NCBI GenBank assembly: GCA_017558715.1
Contig: JAFYTT010000374.1
Location: forward strand, 1-43,080
Direction of reading: 5' to 3'
DNA length: 43,080 nt
Origin: Clostridia bacterium
Lineage (GTDB): Bacteria; Bacillota; Clostridia; Oscillospirales; CAG-272
In this document: piece after piece, positions 39,759 through 43,080 of the stretch
Layout of the letters: every line of letters starts with the position of its first letter
Position numbering within the stretch: position 1 is the stretch's first letter
Notes under the pieces: model-generated
The model's input: only the letters and a program-made list of their open reading frames with translations
Told to the model about the DNA's origin: nothing
Databases searched by the model: none
Position numbers and translations under genes: made by a program

Positions 39759-40364
39759 ATGAGCAAATGTATCGTTTTGGATGCCGGACACGGAAGATAC
39801 GGCAATCCTTACCCGACCATTGACGGCAAATACGAGGGAACACAGAATTTCATCTATGCCGGAAAGCTTGCCGCACGTCTGGAAAAGGCCGGCTTTACCG
39901 TGCTTCTCACACGTCCCTGTATTGACGACGACCCGAGCCTTGCCGAACGCGGAGCGCTGGCAGGCAAAAACAACGCCGCGCTGTTTCTGTCCCTGCACTC
40001 CAACGCACCGGGCTCCTCCACGCCTCCCGACCGTTATCCTTTGGTACGCGGCGTGATGACGTTTTATTCGCTGACCGCCAAAGAGGAAAATGCGCCGTTT
40101 GCCGCCGCGCTCAACGCTGCCGCCGCCGAGGTCATGCAGAGTGACAACCGCGGCATCATGATCCGCGAATATCCGGGCGTTCCCGAGGATGACTACTACG
40201 GTGTCATCCGTGCTGCTGCCAAAAGCGGATGCAAACAGGCATTTCTGATTGAGCACGGATTTCATACCAATATCGATGATGCGACATTTTTGACGACCGA
40301 TGTTTGTCTGGAACGGCTGGCGGATGCGGAAGCGGCTGTGATTACCGCGTATTTCGGCGATTAA
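39759..40364 (+). CDS. N-acetylmuramoyl-L-alanine amidase (Amidase_3), catalytic domain only
   Basis: LDAGHG, conserved Glu, LTR, SLHSNA, IEHGFHTN; GGAGG RBS. Confidence 0.88.
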   Translation: MSKCIVLDAGHGRYGNPYPTIDGKYEGTQNFIYAGKLAARLEKAGFTVLLTRPCIDDDPSLAERGALAGKNNAALFLSLHSNAPGSSTPPDRYPLVRGVMTFYSLTAKEENAPFAAALNAAAAEVMQSDNRGIMIREYPGVPEDDYYGVIRAAAKSGCKQAFLIEHGFHTNIDDATFLTTDVCLERLADAEAAVITAYFGD

Positions 40365-40441
40365 ATACACATCATTGATATACTTGCCGCAGAACCGCAT
40401 AACGATTCCGCTCTACAGCCTGTACAATCTTCTGCCTAAAT

Positions 40442-40477
40442 ATAAACAAGGAACCACCTGTGGTGATTCCTTGTTTA
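40442..40477. terminator. Terminator hairpin directly after the tRNA CCA end
   Basis: TAAACAAGGAA.CAC-loop-GTG.TTCCTTGTTTA. Confidence 0.7.
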
Positions 40478-40554
40478 TGGCTGGGGTAGCGGGACTCGAA
40501 CCTGCGTATACAAGAGTCAAAGTCTTGTGCCTTAACCGACTTGGCGATACCCCA
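40478..40554 (-). tRNA. tRNA-Gln (anticodon TTG)
   Basis: TGGGGTA acceptor stem, CAAGA-CTTTGAC-TCTTG anticodon arm, GGTTCGAGTCC T arm, encoded CCA; 77 nt. Confidence 0.97.
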
Positions 40555-40572
40555 ATATGAAACTGTTTTAAT

Positions 40573-40601
40573 ATTATACCATATATAATCGGAAAATTCA
40601 A
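40573..40601 (-). promoter_or_regulatory. sigmaA promoter of tRNA-Gln
   Basis: TTGAAT-17 bp-TATAAT with TG. Confidence 0.7.
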
Positions 40602-40651
40602 GTGTTATATGAAAAATTCCGAAAATTGATTTTCAAATGTCCGTATCCGAA

Positions 40652-40689
40652 GCACTGCTGTCCTAATGCGCAGCAGTGCATTTTTCTTT
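40652..40689 (+). terminator. Orphan intrinsic terminator
   Basis: GCACTGCTG-10 nt-CAGCAGTGC followed by ATTTTTCTTT. Confidence 0.6.
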
Positions 40690-40735
40690 GCAATTCAACC
40701 ATCGGTAGAATGATTAGAAATTCATCAAAACACTA

Positions 40736-40779
40736 TTGACAAAAAGTGATTCGATGTGTATAATATCAGTGTGATCACA
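40736..40779 (+). promoter_or_regulatory. Consensus sigmaA promoter with a palindrome at the start site
   Basis: TTGACA-17 bp-TATAAT (40736-40764); TGTGATCACA at 40770-40779. Confidence 0.75.
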
Positions 40780-40810
40780 AAACAACAAACTTTGATGAAA
40801 GGAATCAATC

Positions 40811-41311
40811 ATGACCTATCTTGAAATTGATGAAGCGCTTGTGTCGATCACCCGACAGCTCTGCGCCGCATGCAAAGAACGGCTCGATGCCATTCCGCGT
40901 GAAAATGCATCCGAGCGCAAAGCCGTTCAGCTTGAATACGGGATGTATACCTTCTGCGGCAATGCGGGACTGCTGTTCAATACCGGTTGGGAGCGGACGA
41001 AGGTACTGCAAGTCCGACAGACCTTGTGGAATAACGAGCTGTACAAATTCCCGCACATACAGACACAGTATCAGACACTTGACTGTGATGATAAGCCGTG
41101 CTTTCACGCCGCTCTGCACGGAGAGCTTTATCTGCGCCAATCGTGGCTCGAAGAACAGACAGCCGAACTGGAAGCGGCAAAAACGGCAAATGACATACAG
41201 GCAATATTTGAGCAGACCGTCAAAATCGGTGCCGTCCGTGCGATGTTTGCCGCGTGGGAAGCATGGAGAAAAGAAAACAATATATACCCCGATATGTTTG
41301 AGGAGGAATGA
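40811..41311 (+). CDS. Hypothetical protein (helical, 166 aa)
   Basis: AAAGGA RBS, directly behind a consensus promoter, 6-nt gap to the next gene; no family recognised. Confidence 0.75.
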   Translation: MTYLEIDEALVSITRQLCAACKERLDAIPRENASERKAVQLEYGMYTFCGNAGLLFNTGWERTKVLQVRQTLWNNELYKFPHIQTQYQTLDCDDKPCFHAALHGELYLRQSWLEEQTAELEAAKTANDIQAIFEQTVKIGAVRAMFAAWEAWRKENNIYPDMFEEE

Positions 41312-41317
41312 AACAAC

Positions 41318-41842
41318 ATGAATCAATATTCTATTGAAGTATCTGGCGGCAAGGTTATCGGCGATTCTGTCTTTTTCCGCACGGCAGATGCACAGCTTGC
41401 GGAGGAATGTAACCGGATCTGTGCATTTACCGACATGCTTGATGCCGATCCCGCACAGAAAAAAGAACGCATTGCGGAATATAAGTGTGCGAAATACCGT
41501 TACGCCGCTGTGTCTCTGATTCACAGTACAGTGATCAACAATAACCGCTGTCGGAAGCTGCACAATCTGGAATCAACGCACCATCTGCTGCTTCCCTTTG
41601 ACGAGATATTCAAAACACAGGCAGAAACACTCGCCTTGTATGAAACGGCTGAAGCAAATGAGAAGCCCGATTACAGTCTGTATTATGCGATAACGGCGTT
41701 TGCAGACGGGGAACTTGCAGAGCTTGAAGGAAAAATTCCCTATGCCACCGACTGGGAAAAGGTTGAGCTTGAAGAACGCATCGGCGGTTTACAGTTTGCA
41801 AAGGAATGTCTTGACCAAGCATGGCTGCATCGGAAGGAGTGA
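41318..41842 (+). CDS. Hypothetical protein (helical, 174 aa), distantly similar to the upstream gene
   Basis: GAGGAGG RBS within the end of the upstream gene; no family recognised. Confidence 0.75.
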   Translation: MNQYSIEVSGGKVIGDSVFFRTADAQLAEECNRICAFTDMLDADPAQKKERIAEYKCAKYRYAAVSLIHSTVINNNRCRKLHNLESTHHLLLPFDEIFKTQAETLALYETAEANEKPDYSLYYAITAFADGELAELEGKIPYATDWEKVELEERIGGLQFAKECLDQAWLHRKE

Positions 41843-41846
41843 GCTT

Positions 41847-42377
41847 GTGAACGAAAAACTGGAACTTTTGAAGCTCCTCGCCGATGAAACGCGGCTTTCG
41901 ATTCTCAATCTGCTTCTGCGGGAAGATTCGTATGTCGAAAAAATCGCATGTGAGCTGTCCTTAACCCCGGCGACCATTTGCTATCACCTCAAAAAAATGG
42001 AAGGCGCAGGCATTGTCCGCTGTTCCCGTGCACAGTTTTACATCATCTATTCGCTGAACCGCGAGATCTTCGACAAGCCCTTGTATGAGCTGATCAAAAC
42101 CGACCTGCCGACCGTCAGCGATGACGAAAAATATCAGCGGGAGGTGCTGTCTCACTTCTTCAAATACGGTCGTCTGACGCAGATTCCCACCCAGCGCAAA
42201 AAGCGGGAAATTGTCCTTGGGGAAATCGCAAAATCGTTTGACGCGGGCAGAACCTACGATGAAAAAGAAGTCAACGACATCATTCACCGCTTTCATGAGG
42301 ATCACTGTACCATCCGCCGCGAGATGATCGCCTGCGGTATCATGGCACGGGAAAAAGAAACATATTGGCTTGTATGA
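41847..42377 (+). CDS. ArsR/SmtB-family HTH regulator fused to DUF2087
   Basis: GTG start after AAGGAG; KLLADETRL.IL, ELSLTPATICYHLKKM; GRLTQIP..RKKR, YDEKEVN..I, DHCTIRRE, Y-W end. Confidence 0.85.
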   Translation: MNEKLELLKLLADETRLSILNLLLREDSYVEKIACELSLTPATICYHLKKMEGAGIVRCSRAQFYIIYSLNREIFDKPLYELIKTDLPTVSDDEKYQREVLSHFFKYGRLTQIPTQRKKREIVLGEIAKSFDAGRTYDEKEVNDIIHRFHEDHCTIRREMIACGIMAREKETYWLV

Positions 42378-42387
42378 TGAATATGCT

Positions 42388-42603
42388 ATGAAAACAATTC
42401 TTGTTGCACAGAAAATCCGCGAATACCGCCGCCATAACGGTCTGACGCAGGAGGAGTTCGGTCGTCTGCTCGGTGTCTCGGCACAGGCAATTTCCAAATG
42501 GGAGCGCGTGGAATGCTATCCTGACATTACTTTTCTTCCCGAAATCGCCGCACTGCTCGGGTGCAGTATCAATGATTTGTTTGACATAACAAAAAGCATC
42601 TGA
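42388..42603 (+). CDS. XRE-family helix-turn-helix protein
   Basis: IREYRR..GLTQEEF..LLGVS.QAISKWE....YPDI..LP.IA..LG.SI..L; start uncertain (TTG 42370 or ATG 42388), no clear RBS. Confidence 0.85.
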   Translation: MKTILVAQKIREYRRHNGLTQEEFGRLLGVSAQAISKWERVECYPDITFLPEIAALLGCSINDLFDITKSI

Positions 42604-42618
42604 AAAAACACCCCTATC

Positions 42619-42648
42619 TTGATTTATTCATAATTGTTATGGTATAAT
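42619..42648 (+). promoter_or_regulatory. sigmaA promoter of the MFS gene
   Basis: TTGATT-18 bp-TATAAT with TG. Confidence 0.6.
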
Positions 42649-42680
42649 ATGTAAGATTATTTCAAATAAGGTGCTGTTGT

Positions 42681-43080
42681 ATGAATTCTAAAAATCCTCT
42701 CTCCGCCCGATGGGGTATTCTTGCAGTCGGTATACTCACCATGCTGTTTGCCGGCATTATTTATGCCTGGTCTATCTTAAAAGTGCCGCTTGCCGGAGAA
42801 CTTGCTTATGAAAGCGAAGTACTTGCGCTCAACTTCACACTGACCATGAGCTTTTTCTGTATCGGAGGTCTGATCTCCAGCGTTTTCGTTCGCAAAATCG
42901 GCACAAAATTCACGCTGATGCTGGCAGGCACCATGGCAGGAATCGGATTTATTCTTTCATCCTTTCTGACAGCAGACAGCGCATGGATGCTGTATCTAAC
43001 CTATGCGTTCCTGTCGGGACTTGGTATCGGCATTGCATATATTACCATCATCTCCACCGTCAATGCATGGTTCCCCGATA
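42681..43080 (+). CDS. OFA (oxalate/formate antiporter-like) MFS transporter (partial; runs off right edge)
   Basis: Not in the ORF track; manual translation MNSKNPLSARWGILAVGILTMLFAGIIYAWSILKVPL...LSGLGIGIAY...VNAWFPD; TAAGGTG RBS. Confidence 0.85.
   Translation, partial: MNSKNPLSARWGILAVGILTMLFAGIIYAWSILKVPLAGELAYESEVLALNFTLTMSFFCIGGLISSVFVRKIGTKFTLMLAGTMAGIGFILSSFLTADSAWMLYLTYAFLSGLGIGIAYITIISTVNAWFPD

Noticed and set aside
40478-43080. tRNA-anchored genomic island or prophage
   Set aside because: No integrase, no duplicated tRNA 3' end seen, and the unknown genes lie on the tRNA 5' side rather than the usual 3' side
1-43080. CRISPR array, IS elements, REP-like repeat family
   Set aside because: No regularly spaced repeats or transposase ORFs; the intergenic hairpins share no sequence with one another

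Overview
Chromosomal segment of a moderately GC-rich bacterium; the gene content (glgB-C-D-A, CotH, sigmaA-type promoters, AGGAGG RBS, lipoproteins) suggests a Clostridia/Bacillota anaerobe (inference). From left to right: a partial aldo-keto reductase, cysE-cysS, two tandem CotH-kinase lipoproteins, a promoter/terminator-bounded ~210-nt candidate ncRNA, a GH20-like + DUF4886 esterase pair divergent from a copA-nagB-like-GH9 operon, and a five-gene minus-strand run (two TIM-barrel isomerases, membrane protein, BNR/sialidase-like protein, metallophosphoesterase). Then come the glycogen cluster (glgB-glgC-glgD-glgA, glgP, GH13), a glycyl radical enzyme + solute-binding lipoprotein + GH106-like operon, an NTP-transferase/degenerate phosphomutase fusion, DUF308, an amidase, tRNA-Gln(TTG), two unknown mutually similar helical proteins with ArsR-DUF2087 and XRE regulators, and a partial OFA-type MFS transporter. 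No CRISPR array, transposase, integrase or phage gene was seen. Best leads: (1) an orphan glycyl radical enzyme operon with a sugar-binding lipoprotein and an atypical GH106-like protein; (2) an intact full-length GlgB whose catalytic Asp and Glu positions are substituted; (3) a candidate sRNA with a triple CCGCAG..AACG motif; (4) an uncharacterised paralogous protein pair in front of two regulators. All family assignments are from motif recognition by eye, not database searches.
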